From Octopus vulgaris (Eukaryota), in NCBI GenBank assembly GCA_951406725.2, contig OX597818.1, positions 72,292,001 through 72,356,000 of the forward strand: 64,000 bases of DNA. The letters run 5' to 3'. Of this stretch, positions 14,398 to 25,569 are shown piece by piece. Position 1 is the stretch's first letter, and every line of letters begins with the position of its first letter. The position numbers and the translations under genes are program-made. Under the pieces are notes generated by a model, which saw only the letters and a list, made by a program, of their open reading frames with translations, was not told the origin of the DNA and ran no database searches.

Positions 14398-16857
14398 TTA
14401 AATTTTTTTTCCTTTCCCTTGTGAATTTCTCTGTGTCAGTATGTTCGGATGGTTGAGTCTGGGTTTGTACTTTTCAATGAAGAATGTTTCCTTGTTCAGT
14501 CTCATTTGTGTTGATGATCCGAAAGCACATTGGTAAAATGGGAAGATTAAAAATTGTGGCAGTAGTTGCTTTGCGCATTTCTCAATGTGCTCACTAAAAG
14601 GTATCATTCTATATTCTGGGAATGCAATCTGTTGTCGATGCAGTGTGCATCTACGCCTGAGTGATAGTCCCGTGGAACCCACGTAGTCTTGGTGGCAGCC
14701 CGAGCATTTTATGACATAAATTATGTTTTCAGAGGCACAAGTAAAGTTAGATTTGATCTTGAATTTTTGTCCCTCTTTAAAGAGGAATTCTGATCCTTCT
14801 AGCAGGTTTGGACATGTTGCACAGTTCGATCTACCACATTTTTTTACTTTTGCATCCGTAATTTCAGAAGACAATTTTGCCTTTGTGAGAATCTTTTTAA
14901 GTGATTTAGGCTGTTTGTAGCTTTTAATGATTTGGTGTATGTTTAGAATTTCCTTTAATTTGGGGTTTTTATGAAGTATCGGTAAATTCTGGGTGATGAT
15001 GGTGAAGGCTTCTTTGTTTCTGGGGTTGTATGTAGATATGTAAGGTAGTATTTTCGGGGAAGGTGTGTTGTTGTGTTGAACTTTTCTTAAAGTTTCTATG
15101 TTGATTTCTGTTGCACGTCTGATCCCATCCTCTATGAGTTGAGCTGGGTAATGTCTGTCAATTAGGGTGTTTTTGAGTTCTTGCAGTCTAAAGTTCCTGG
15201 TATTTTGTTCTGACACTATTGTGCAAATCCTTCTTGCAAGGTTGAAGGGGATGTTTGTTTTAGTGTGTCTTGGGTGGCATGAATTAAAAAGAAGGTATTG
15301 TTTGGCGTCTGTGGCTTTGTAAAAAATGTCTGTTTCTATTTTAAGGTTAATTTTTTTAATCAGTATATCCAAGAACGGGAGCTCCTTTTGGTTGTATTCC
15401 ATTGTGAACTGTATATTTGGGTTTATGCTGTTCAATAGGTTTTTAAATTTTAGGAGTTTATCTATGTTTTCATTCCAGAGAATGAAACAATCGTCTAGGA
15501 ATCGTTTCCAATTCTCTTTTATGTATTGAGAGAGGGAGTTTCCAAAGATTGATAAAGATTCCTGGTAAATGATTATTTCCATGTATCCCATTGTTAAGTT
15601 CGCAATGACTGGTGCTGCCCTTGTACCCATAGCAATTCCGGATTTTTGACGGTAAAATGTATTGTCAAACATGAAGTGGTTATTGTGTAGGATGAATTCA
15701 ATTGATTTAGTAATGAATTCTTTACTGATCCTTTTTGGTATTTCTTCCGGAAATTGGTCTAACCAGAACTGTATTGCCTCCAGTCCATAATTATGAGGTA
15801 TACTGGTATACAAGTTGACTACATCAAATGAAACCAGGATTGTTTCTTCCTTGGTTTTTTTTGGAAGGTGGTTTAACATATCTAAGTCATCTCTGATATG
15901 GCTATCGATATGTTTAAGGAAGGGTTTCAGGAGGATGTCCATAAGTAGACTTAGTCTGTGTGTTTCACAGATTGGGCCAGCTACAATGGGTCGTAGTTTT
16001 AGGTCCCCCGGGTTAGGTGTGTGTATGTATGTCTTTGGTGATTTTTTAATGGTTTCATTTATAATTTGACTTTTATGAATTTTTGGCAGACCATAGAAAA
16101 GGCTAGGTTTGCATTTAAAGTTTGTTAGGAAGTCAATCTCTTTGGTTGTCAGTTCCTTTTCATGGGTTTTAATTAGTGAAGATAGAGTTTTCATTATTTT
16201 TTGTGGGGTGTAGTTGGTAATTTTTTCATAATGTAGGTCGTCATCAAGCAAGGAAATTACAAGATTTCTGTAGTATGATGTATCCATTATTACAACTGCA
16301 TTTCCCTTGTCCGCTTCCTTAATGGTTATATCTTCATCATTTTGAAGTTCTATCAGTTCTTTCCATTGTGTAGTGTTAAAATTTGAGTTAGCTTTCTGTT
16401 TATGTATAGTATGGTAGGGAAAGTTCTCAATGTGGTTACAGAATTCGTCAAGATCTTTATTTCTTCCTCTGTGTGGGATGTGTTCACTTTTGTTCTTGAC
16501 TAGTGATTCATCTTCAGTATTGAAACTGGTTGATGCTTCTGCTAGTCTTAATTTTCTGCAAAATTCTGTTATATTATCCTTGATTTCATTTAGGTTGGCT
16601 CTGCGTGGAGTTGGTGTAAATTTGAGCCCTTTTGAGAGGATGTCAATTTTTATGTTAGAAAGAGGTTTGGTTGAAAGATTGATTATCTTCGGTTTTTCCT
16701 TATTACTAGGTTCCAGCCTGTGTCCTGGTGTCCCTGGCCCCTGGCTAAAAAATGTTGGGTGTAATTTTGTTTGTATGAGTTGTCTGTGAGGTTGTGTGAT
16801 ATTGGGTCGGGGAGGTGGTGGTATTGTTGCCCCCGATCGTTGTGTGTGTGTGGGAAT
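14398..16857 (-). CDS. PLE RT + GIY-YIG endonuclease; open frame of 819 codons, first ATG only at 16287
   Basis: The frame is open from 16857 (after TAG 16858-60). Conserved PLE N-terminal motifs IINLS..LSKGLKFTP..FCRKLRL and KEADKGNAVVIMD lie upstream of or at the first ATG. Then YGLPKIHK, RPIV, SFDVVNLY, GIAMGT, WKRFLDD, CGRSNCATC, IIYVIKCSGC..YVGST. Confidence 0.95.
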   Translation of the reverse strand: MPTHTQRSGATIPPPPRPNITQPHRQLIQTKLHPTFFSQGPGTPGHRLEPSNKEKPKIINLSTKPLSNIKIDILSKGLKFTPTPRRANLNEIKDNITEFCRKLRLAEASTSFNTEDESLVKNKSEHIPHRGRNKDLDEFCNHIENFPYHTIHKQKANSNFNTTQWKELIELQNDEDITIKEADKGNAVVIMDTSYYRNLVISLLDDDLHYEKITNYTPQKIMKTLSSLIKTHEKELTTKEIDFLTNFKCKPSLFYGLPKIHKSQIINETIKKSPKTYIHTPNPGDLKLRPIVAGPICETHRLSLLMDILLKPFLKHIDSHIRDDLDMLNHLPKKTKEETILVSFDVVNLYTSIPHNYGLEAIQFWLDQFPEEIPKRISKEFITKSIEFILHNNHFMFDNTFYRQKSGIAMGTRAAPVIANLTMGYMEIIIYQESLSIFGNSLSQYIKENWKRFLDDCFILWNENIDKLLKFKNLLNSINPNIQFTMEYNQKELPFLDILIKKINLKIETDIFYKATDAKQYLLFNSCHPRHTKTNIPFNLARRICTIVSEQNTRNFRLQELKNTLIDRHYPAQLIEDGIRRATEINIETLRKVQHNNTPSPKILPYISTYNPRNKEAFTIITQNLPILHKNPKLKEILNIHQIIKSYKQPKSLKKILTKAKLSSEITDAKVKKCGRSNCATCPNLLEGSEFLFKEGQKFKIKSNFTCASENIIYVIKCSGCHQDYVGSTGLSLRRRCTLHRQQIAFPEYRMIPFSEHIEKCAKQLLPQFLIFPFYQCAFGSSTQMRLNKETFFIEKYKPRLNHPNILTQRNSQGKGKKI

Positions 16858-17196
16858 CTATGTTTGTTTTTGTTTGTGGTGTGAGTAAAATTTCTGTATG
16901 GGAAATATTTTTGTTTCGAACTGCTTGTATGTGGGATGTTGCTTGACAAAGTGTTTTTTTTGCGTTTGTCTTGTGTTTAGTGGGGACCAGTAATTTTGGT
17001 TCATGGGGTAGTAGCGACTTGTGTGTGGTGTATTTCTTATTCTAGTGTCGTTTTGTGCTGTATGGTGGTTGGGTCTGGTATTAGGATGTTGTTGGTGTTA
17101 TCTGTTTTTGGTGTAATTTATTTCATAGACGCGTCGTCTGTCAGCTAGTTCCCTGTAAGGTCTTGCGTGGTTTGCAAAGGTTGGTTGTGGGTGATT

Positions 17197-18039
17197 TCAG
17201 TTTTTAGTGTATGGAGGATAGTTGGGGGCTGTTCGTGGGTTGTTTGGTTTTTCTTTTTTATTTTTTGTGATTTTCTTAAGGAAGGGATTATTTGTACCCA
17301 GTTCATTTTTGAAAGTTGTACTATATTTTTGGAAGAAGTCCATGTTTTTCTCCCAGCGCAGGAGAGAATTTCTCTCTTCTTTTTCAAAAGTATCCTTCCA
17401 ATGATCTAATGTATTTTCGAGGGGTTGTCCCTCGGTATGTTTCAGTATTATATTGTGCATCTCCTCGTCGATACTTTTAAATTTTTCCTCATTTGTGGAG
17501 GCTCTTAGTCTTAGAAGCTCTATTTCTGATCTAAAATTAAACAGAGCTGACTTTTCCCTAATAGTTCTCTGTCCGTCAGGCTCGTTAGGGATTAATTTTA
17601 TCTGGAATTTGCGTGGGAGGATAATTGGTGTTGAGTTCATCCATCCCTCGTAAATATCTGCTTTGTTGGAATTTTTTATCATGTTCCAGAAGGCGAGTTT
17701 TCTGTTGTGCAGGTTTGTATTCCAAATGTTTCCTATTTTTCTTTTTGCTGGGTTAATTTGGGTGCGTATGATGTCCTGTTGTGTTTCATTTGGTGCGTGT
17801 TTATTATTTTCGGATTTGTTGATAAGAATTGAATTTAGTGTTGTGTATAACAGTTGCAAATCCTTACTAACCTGGTCAGTGTAGCGAGTTATATCTTCAT
17901 TGCTTTTACTTTCCCGGGCGAGTAGGTTTGATTCCTCGATTTTGTTGTTCAGGTTAGAAAGCTGTGTATTAATATTTTTCAGTTCTTTGAGTATATCCTC
18001 ATTTGTGTTTTTATCCGAGGTGTTGGTCTTCTGTGGCAT
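17197..18039 (-). CDS. PLE upstream ORF (ORF1-like): predicted coiled-coil/helical protein of unknown function
   Basis: ATG at 18039. Heptad-like ILKELKNINTQLSNLNNKIEESNLL, a helical W/R/E-rich core, then an N/H/P/T-rich tail that probably continued past TGA 17197 and TAA 17098. Lies inside the pLTR boundaries. Confidence 0.7.
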   Translation of the reverse strand: MPQKTNTSDKNTNEDILKELKNINTQLSNLNNKIEESNLLARESKSNEDITRYTDQVSKDLQLLYTTLNSILINKSENNKHAPNETQQDIIRTQINPAKRKIGNIWNTNLHNRKLAFWNMIKNSNKADIYEGWMNSTPIILPRKFQIKLIPNEPDGQRTIREKSALFNFRSEIELLRLRASTNEEKFKSIDEEMHNIILKHTEGQPLENTLDHWKDTFEKEERNSLLRWEKNMDFFQKYSTTFKNELGTNNPFLKKITKNKKEKPNNPRTAPNYPPYTKN

Positions 18040-18212
18040 TTTCGGTCTCACGTGTTTAATATATGGATAACAAAGTTGGTTTGTGAAAGCACGTGGGTGA
18101 ATATATAGAAAATAGTAGAGTGAAAAGACGACAGAAGGCTTGAATGTTAAAAAATATATATATTTGCGTCAATATGTCTGAAGAATATTAGAAAATAAAA
18201 AAAAAAAAAAAA

Positions 18213-18616
18213 GGCGCAGGATTGGCTGTGTGGTAAGTAGCTTGTTTACCAGCCACATGGTTCCGGGTTCAGTCCCACTGCGTGGCACCTTGGGCAAGTG
18301 CCTTCTACTATAGCCTCGGGCCGATCAAAGCCTTGTGAGTGGATTTGGTAGACAGAAACTGAAAGAAGCCCGTCGTATATATGTATATATATGTATGTGC
18401 GTGTATGTTTGTGTGTCTGTGTTTGTCGCCCTAGCATTGCTTGACAACCGATGCTGGTGTGTTTACATCCCCGTCACTTAGCGGTTCGGCATAAGAGACC
18501 GATAGAATAAGTACTGGGCTTACAAAGAATAAGTCCCGGGGTCGATCTCCTTGACTAAAGGCGGTGCTCCAGCATGGCCGCAGTCAAATGAGTGAAACAA
18601 GTAAAAGAGTAAAGAG
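18213..18616 (+). mobile_element. tRNA-derived SINE family A, full length
   Basis: GGCGCAGG..TGGCTGTGTGG (A box)..GGTTCAGTCCC (B box), core and 3' tail. Confidence 0.93.
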
Positions 18617-18640
18617 TATATATATATATATATATATATA

Positions 18641-19041
18641 CTCTTTTACTCTTTTACTTGTTTCAGTCATTTGACTGCGGCCATGCTGGAGCACCGCCTT
18701 TAGTTGAGCAAATCGACCCCGGGACTTATTCTTTGTAAGCCCAGTACTTATTTTCTTTTGCCGAACCGCTAAGTGACGGGGACGTAAACACACCAGCATC
18801 AGTTGTCAAGCAATGCTAGAGGGACAAACACAGACACACAAACATATACACACACATACATATATATATACATATATACGACAGGCTTCTTTCAGTTTTC
18901 GTCTACCAAATCCACTCACAAGGCTTTGGTCGGCCCGAGGCTATAGCAGAAGACATTTGCCTAAGATGCCACGCAGTGGGACTGAACCCGGAACCATGTG
19001 GTTGGTTAGCAAGCTACTTACCACACAGCCACTCCTGCGCC
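18641..19041 (-). mobile_element. tRNA-derived SINE family A, full length (inverted partner of 18213-18616)
   Basis: Reverse complement of the same family; separated from the + copy only by (TA)n. Confidence 0.93.
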
Positions 19042-19112
19042 TATATATATATGTATATATGTGTGTGTATGTATATATATAATACACTCACATATACACA
19101 CAGGCACGCAGT

Positions 19113-19146
<34 letters not shown>

Positions 19147-19147
19147 C

Positions 19148-19762
19148 ATGCCCTTAATATAAACAAATATATTTAAAGGGAATAATTAATAAATTTTTTC
19201 CCTAATGAGATTTTTCACGCTAACTACTTGATAATTTCTTATAAACATTGTATCCTATTTCTAAATTGTAAATTTAACCGGAATATATTCAGTGCTGAAT
19301 TTTATTCTAAATAAACACGTGTACCGAGATGCAATTCGAAAAGCCCGACTCTTACATAGATGTAGAAGTGTGAACAATTCTATGTACTATGCTGGATACA
19401 TTTGGTGTTCGTCTGATATGTTGATTTTTTGTTCATTTTTATGTGTCTTGATTATGCATGCACTGACGATTAATTAGTGCATTTTGTGCACTAAGTATAA
19501 AATCATATGATCTGCCGCTGAATCTGTTTTTAAAAGGCTCGCTTCGAGAGATGCATTCCCTCGCGTTCGGTACAATGTGTTTAATATGGTAGTTTTGACT
19601 TTAAGACACCCTCCTAGCGTGAGGCATTTATGTATAGTAATGCCCTTAATATGAATAAATATATTTAAAGGGAATAATTAATAAATTTTACCCTTATGAG
19701 ACATTTCACGCTAACTACTTGATAATTTCTTATAGAGATTTCATCCTATTTTAAAAATGTAC
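19148..19762 (+). mobile_element. Retrozyme-like non-coding element (492-nt unit, ~120-bp terminal direct repeat, internal HHR)
   Basis: Direct repeats start at 19148 and 19640. HHR at 19460-19515. A partial second copy lies in reverse at 36095-36260. Confidence 0.65.
19460..19515 (+). ncRNA. Type-I hammerhead ribozyme motif (G12 decayed to A)
   Basis: GCA | CTGACGA | ttaat-TAGTGCA-ttttg-TGCACTA-agtat | AAAA | TCATATGA | TC | TGC. Confidence 0.65.
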
Positions 19763-19962
19763 ATTTAGGTAAGTAGGAATACGTTTATATATATTCATAA
19801 ATGCATACATACATGTGTTCGTGCGTGTATATATATATACATATAAAGTTAATCCAAACAAGAAAACACAGAAAAAAAGAGAAAAAAAAGGGGGGGAACA
19901 TAGCAACGCAGGACGTGGAACAATTAAAGTATTATTGACGCTCAGGAAAGAAGGGAAGGAGG

Positions 19963-19997
19963 GTCTAACGTTTCGAGCGGAGCTCTTCGTCGGAAAC
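19963..19997 (-). ncRNA. Minimal HHR (CCGANGA core) in a PLE pLTR remnant (~19845-20078)
   Basis: Minus strand: GTTT | CCGACGA | a-GAGC-tcc-GCTC | GAAA | CG | TT | AGAC. Confidence 0.65.
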
Positions 19998-20101
19998 AAG
20001 GAGAAGGAAAGATCCCAAACAGGGAAGACAGATGAGACAATATTTGAGCTGGTGGTGCTTAAGAGATCACATGTTGAAATATATATATATATATATATAT
20101 G

Positions 20102-20167
<66 letters not shown>

Positions 20168-21299
20168 TGAGGTGTGTATATACATGCATGTGTGTGTGTG
20201 TGACTTCAAACAGAAAAAAACAACGAATAAAAGAAATACTGAAACAATAGTTTTAATAACGTAAAAAAATTTAAAAAAAGGAAATAAAAAAAATCTGAGG
20301 AAAATTTAATTGAAATTTTCAATTAAACCATGAAATGGATTTATGGGGAAATTATTATTATGAGAAGAAGAAAAAACTATACAAAACTGAAAGAATGAAT
20401 GTCTCAAATCTACACTTACTACATCTATCGAGTGTGCATATAGCCTAGACTTATTGAGCTCCTTCTAAAATATGAATCTATTGAGTGTATATATATACAA
20501 ATCTGTTTAGTGCATATGTAGCATGATCTTTTTGATGTGTTCACATTGTGAACATATTTCGTGTGTGTATACACACGAAATATTGATGTGTGTTTAAAAT
20601 AGAAATCTATAGAGTGTTATGATATGCTTCTATTTCCTATTTATTGAGGTGTGTGTACTATAACTCTATCCAATGTGTATTATTGAAGTGTATATGATAC
20701 AAGTGCATTGGGTTTGTATATATATTCAGGATTACTGAGTGTATAATATGAATCTATTGAGTGTGTGTATATAGTTTAGAGTTTTCGATATATGCATAAT
20801 ATGAATGTACTGAATGTGTATATTGTATAGATTTATTGGCTGTGTGTATATTACAAGTAGACTGAATGTGTATAAAATCTAGACATGTTCATGTGTATAT
20901 ATAGTCTGGGTTTACCAAGGTGTGTATATGAAACTACTGAGGCAGTGTATATAATATGAATTTGATGAGTGTGATTTTAAGAGATATTTATTTTGTGTTA
21001 TATATGAGTATTGAGTGAGCTTATGATAAGAATGTGGTAAGTGAACGGTATGAACTTATTGGATGAGTAAGGATCAAAGCAGAAGCGTTGAAGTCGCTAT
21101 CTCTGCCAAATGATATTAGGTATTATCCGCGAATGCTACCAAACATTTCGAAGCCGAGTTGAAAGGTAACGATATCCAGAATCTCAACAGATACCAGCCG
21201 ATCCTCAACCTGGATTCAGAAAAAGAGGCCAATGCCTGCCTCTAAGGACAACACTGACTATCACTGAACTCTGAAGGATTTTCTTCAACTAAAGAACTT

Positions 21300-21790
21300 A
21301 CTGAAAAATTATGAAAAAGTTTATTATTTTCATATTCTTTTCCTACAAAACACTGACCATGGGCCAAAAAACCCTCACCCATGTATGGAAGGTGCGAATG
21401 AGTACGTTTATAGAGCGACCACTCGAGAAATATGTAAGCATCGTTCTAGAAACATGGGATAATCACCATATCAACACCAAAGAGCGAGAAGTAACAAAAT
21501 ATCTTTCAGATAACATCCTATTACCTAAAATAAAAATAAGGATGACTGGAGGATATCATTTCCAGATGTAATGTGTTTAAAATAAAACATGGAATGATCA
21601 TTGTTAGAATGTTCATTGTTGATAATAGGGTTGAGTCCATCAATCCATGCTGCGACTATAACTAATGCTAGTTAGCAATAAAAGCACAAGAGAGGACCAC
21701 ATAGAATTTTACAGAAAGCGTAAAGTAATTTAAACACTTCTAGAACTGGTCAGCTACCATTTTATTGAATCCGAATACTGAACGTTAATA
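21300..21790 (+). mobile_element. Possible very old R4/Dong-like (RLE) LINE remnant
   Basis: Faint resemblance (VLETWDNHHINTKERE..DNILL..DI.FP) to the RLE region seen at 63563-64000. Highly degenerate. Confidence 0.3.
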
Positions 21791-22050
21791 GCTGCAACCA
21801 TCGCAAGGCATCGCAAGGCATCGCAAGGCATCTCTGTCATTGCCTTTCTAGAGAAATAACCTATTTCATTATGCTAGGACTTGTTGGGGATGTAAAATAC
21901 GAAATAAAAATGACGCTTTAAGTGTTAAATTTTTCTCCTTTTTCGTATAAAATTTTACCGGATTGGTATTCACTGGTAATTATATAAAGATAATCCTAAC
22001 GGAGTTTCCTATGAGAAAGACTATAGAATCTTATATAGAAAGGTTTATAT

Positions 22051-22425
22051 AGGCACAGGCGTGCTTGTGCAGTAAGAAGCTTGTTTCCCAACCACATAGC
22101 TCCGGTTTCCGTGCCACTGGGTAATACTTTGGGCAATTGTCTTCTATTATAGCCTCGGGCCGACCAAAGCCTTGTGAGTGGTAGACAGAAACTGGAAGAA
22201 GCACGTCATATAATGTGTGTGTGTGTGTGTATCTGAGCCTCTCCCCTACTCTCACCACCGCTTGACAATCGTTGTCGGTGTGTTTAAGTCCCTGTAACTT
22301 AACGGTTTGAAAAAGAGAGCAATAGAATAAGTCCTAGAATTGAGTCATTCCACTGAAAAATTTTTTCAAGGCAATGCTCCTGCATGGCCGCAGTCTTATG
22401 ATTGAAACAAGTAAAATATGAAAGA
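22051..22425 (+). mobile_element. SINE family A, diverged copy
   Basis: Aligns by eye with 18213-18616 over its full length. Confidence 0.85.
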
Positions 22426-22469
22426 TAGAAGAAAGGGTCAAAGCATAAACTACCAAAACAGAATTGCAG

Positions 22470-22866
22470 ATACGAAGGTTCTCTGGTATATCAGTGCACT
22501 TAGCTTGTTTGCTTCACTCAAATAAATCCACCTACCTTGGGTTGGATATGTGAGAATTCCTAGATTTTGACAACCAATAACATTCATCTATGAAATGGAG
22601 GGCGCAGTGTTGGCATACTATGTAAAAGATCCAATGATGCTTTGAAATCAGCATTAAAAGACTACCGGATTAATCCAAACACATGGAAGTAAATTTCTCG
22701 ATGCACCTACTGGCTTCAGGGCGTTTGGTTCTTTCAGAATCTCTGTCTAGCAGAGTATGCAAAATAGAAGCTGGTAAATCATACCTTAACGATCTCGATA
22801 GAAGTGAACACCAATGTAACGCCTGCGAGAAATACTTCTCTAATACAATAGGCCTTCTCAGACATT
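22470..22866 (+). mobile_element. RTE (BovB-like) LINE 3' fragment
   Basis: WVGYVRIP, DALKSALK..INPNTWK, and a terminal C2H2-like QCNACEKYFSNTIGLLRH. Confidence 0.6.
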
Positions 22867-24145
22867 TTTGCCTTTCTTTCTTTCTTTCTTTCTTTCTTCC
22901 TTTCTTCTTTTCCTTTTTTCTTTCTTTTTATTCTTCCTTTCTTCCTTTCTTCTTTCTTTTTTCTTCTTTCTTTCTTTCCTTTATTTCTTCTTCCTTCTTA
23001 CTCCATTTTCACGTTCTTTTTACTTTGTTCCTTCCTTCTTTTCTTTCATTTTCTTCCTTCTTACCTTTCTTGCTTTTCTTCCTTTCTAAATGTTCTTTTT
23101 TGTTTGTTTGTTTTCTTTCTCTTTTTCTTTCGGTAGCTTGATGAATTGACTTAGCACTCACTTTCTTCTCCTCAAATATTTTGGAATTCTAAATTTCTAA
23201 TACAGTACAACCTGATCCGTTTATTTTCTAAAATTTATTGCATGAAATGTTCAAATTTTCGTGGCGTAACTGTAACTTGGACACTGATTCGTTTCCATAG
23301 CTTCTCAAAATTGTTTAAAGGAAAGTGGAAAATATATGGCGGATATCTGTTAAGTTAGATATCTTCTTATTTCTGTCAATGGGACTGTTCGAAATATTGT
23401 GCACATAGAGCAAAGCAACGCAAGGGAAAAGAAGTTGTTACGGTACTCCGCAGAAAATATACAATAATTGTTAATCTCATACAATGTTTGTCAGAATTTC
23501 ATTGATTTTTTCAATCTTGAACGGTTTGAAATCTGCTTAAAGATAGCAAGTTGAACTAACTCTTCCTAAAGATAGAGATTTGAGATCTTCCTAAAGACAG
23601 TGTAGGAAAAATGAATGAATATACATAACTTATGCCTGCTTTTTCAAATATAACTCTACAGGATTTCGTGAGTACATGAAATCAAATATGAAAAGTCATG
23701 CATAATTTTAGAGGCTATTAGTGAAGTTAAAGCTTCTGTACATAAGACGGATTCAAGTTAGGGTGTATTATTAAGAAAAGCATCGTGTAGCTTAGATCTG
23801 CAAGCAAAGAGTGTTATTGTCGAAAACTGACAAATTATTAATGTCATCTCACGGTTGGCAATAGCAAGTTTTAGCAATATTTTGTTGGTAATATAAAGAT
23901 ATGCCTTTAAAAAATAAAAGTAACAAAACATAAATGCATAGCCACAAGTTTATGTGATATATGGAGGTGTCTTTTGATGCATAATTTATTACCGGGAAAT
24001 CATAGCACAAGAAAATGTATTTTAATGATAAATAAAGTGTTCCAAGAGGACACGACATTCGACAGTAGGCTATTCCTTCCTACACAACATACATGTACAT
24101 ATATTTATTGATACAGGCATATATAAGTAATAACTTTACGCGTGC

Positions 24146-24189
<44 letters not shown>

Positions 24190-24951
24190 GTTTGTGTGTA
24201 TGTGTGTGTGTATAAAGTCATAAATGATAGAGAAATAGTTTGATGACGTTTCATTTAACAATAACAAAATTCTAACATCACAACAAATTATTTCGTAACT
24301 TAAAAACATATAAATAATTTATATGATTATATTTAATAATAAATAAATTACATACAAGCCTGCATTTATGCAAAATGCAAAAATTCATTCAAAATAATGC
24401 AGAATTTAAGCTACGTTCTCAGGTCATTTATGGCTTTATACACTCCTTATTGTTTTTTCTTGTATCGTACTCTGTATTCTATAAGTATATATGTTGGTAT
24501 GTATGTATGTATGTATGTATGTATGTATGTATGTATGTATGTATGTATGTATGTATGTATGTATGTATGCATGCATGCATGCATTAATGTATGTATGTAT
24601 GTATGTATGTATGTATGTATGTACGTATGCATGCATAAACATATTTTCCTTTATACTCTTGTTCTTTTATGCGTTTCAGCAAGAAGGCCGCGGCCGTGCT
24701 GGGGCACATATTTACCTACAAATAATACCCGATATAAATGTTGGCTGGCTGGGTGGCTGGCTGGTTGCTTTATTACATCTGTCACGTTTTAAGTCGTATA
24801 TAAAGAATGAAAATGAGAAAAGTAAAAGAGAGTATAGAGATAGCTAAATTAAGAGGTAAGGGAAGCGTGTTTACACTACGCTTGGTGGCAGGCAATGAGT
24901 AAAAGAGCGCAATACGTAAACAGAAGCAGAAAGAGAGAGAGAGAGGGAGGA

Positions 24952-25034
<83 letters not shown>

Positions 25035-25569
25035 AATGACAGATTAGCAATGGAAGAAGTTATACATATAATACATTTCTTGTATTTGATTTCATTTTAA
25101 ATTGATAATTAGTTTTATTATAAAATCAGTATTCACTTCACCATGTTTGTATAAGCACCAAGCTAAATTCTCTCAGATAGTGTACAGTGCTGGGTAATTG
25201 CTAGATCATGTGATTTCAGTTTACATGAGCTTCATCAGTAATAGACGTACATTCATCTATGTCATTTACAATACACAGAATTTAAATATCTCTAATATAC
25301 AATAGTCAAACAAGCTTGTATAGCTTCCCGTGCATTATCAGAAAATTATTCAGGTTCAAAATACAATATAACAGCTCTGTCAGTCTGAATGATTGCCGAT
25401 GCTACACAACATACCATACAAGTTCGTCCGACTATTGTATTGCCAGAGACATGAACTCTATTGTGGCTCGTTTACAAGTCCTATTTATATCAAATGATAT
25501 CTTTCACTGGATACATATATATTTATATGGGTTTGTAACGGGGTGATTGTTCCACGACGGCAATTACAA

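Noticed and set aside
17197-17199. TGA ending PLE ORF1 as a selenocysteine or readthrough codon
   Set aside because: It lies in a low-complexity tail, an in-frame TAA follows at 17098-17100, and no SECIS was recognised.
16430-17884. Plus-strand ORFs antisense to PLE 2
   Set aside because: Shadow ORFs produced by the A-rich codon bias of the sense strand; no motifs.
18213-18290. tRNA genes at SINE heads (also 35706 and 60964)
   Set aside because: A/B boxes are present but there is no full cloverleaf, and each continues into a SINE body.
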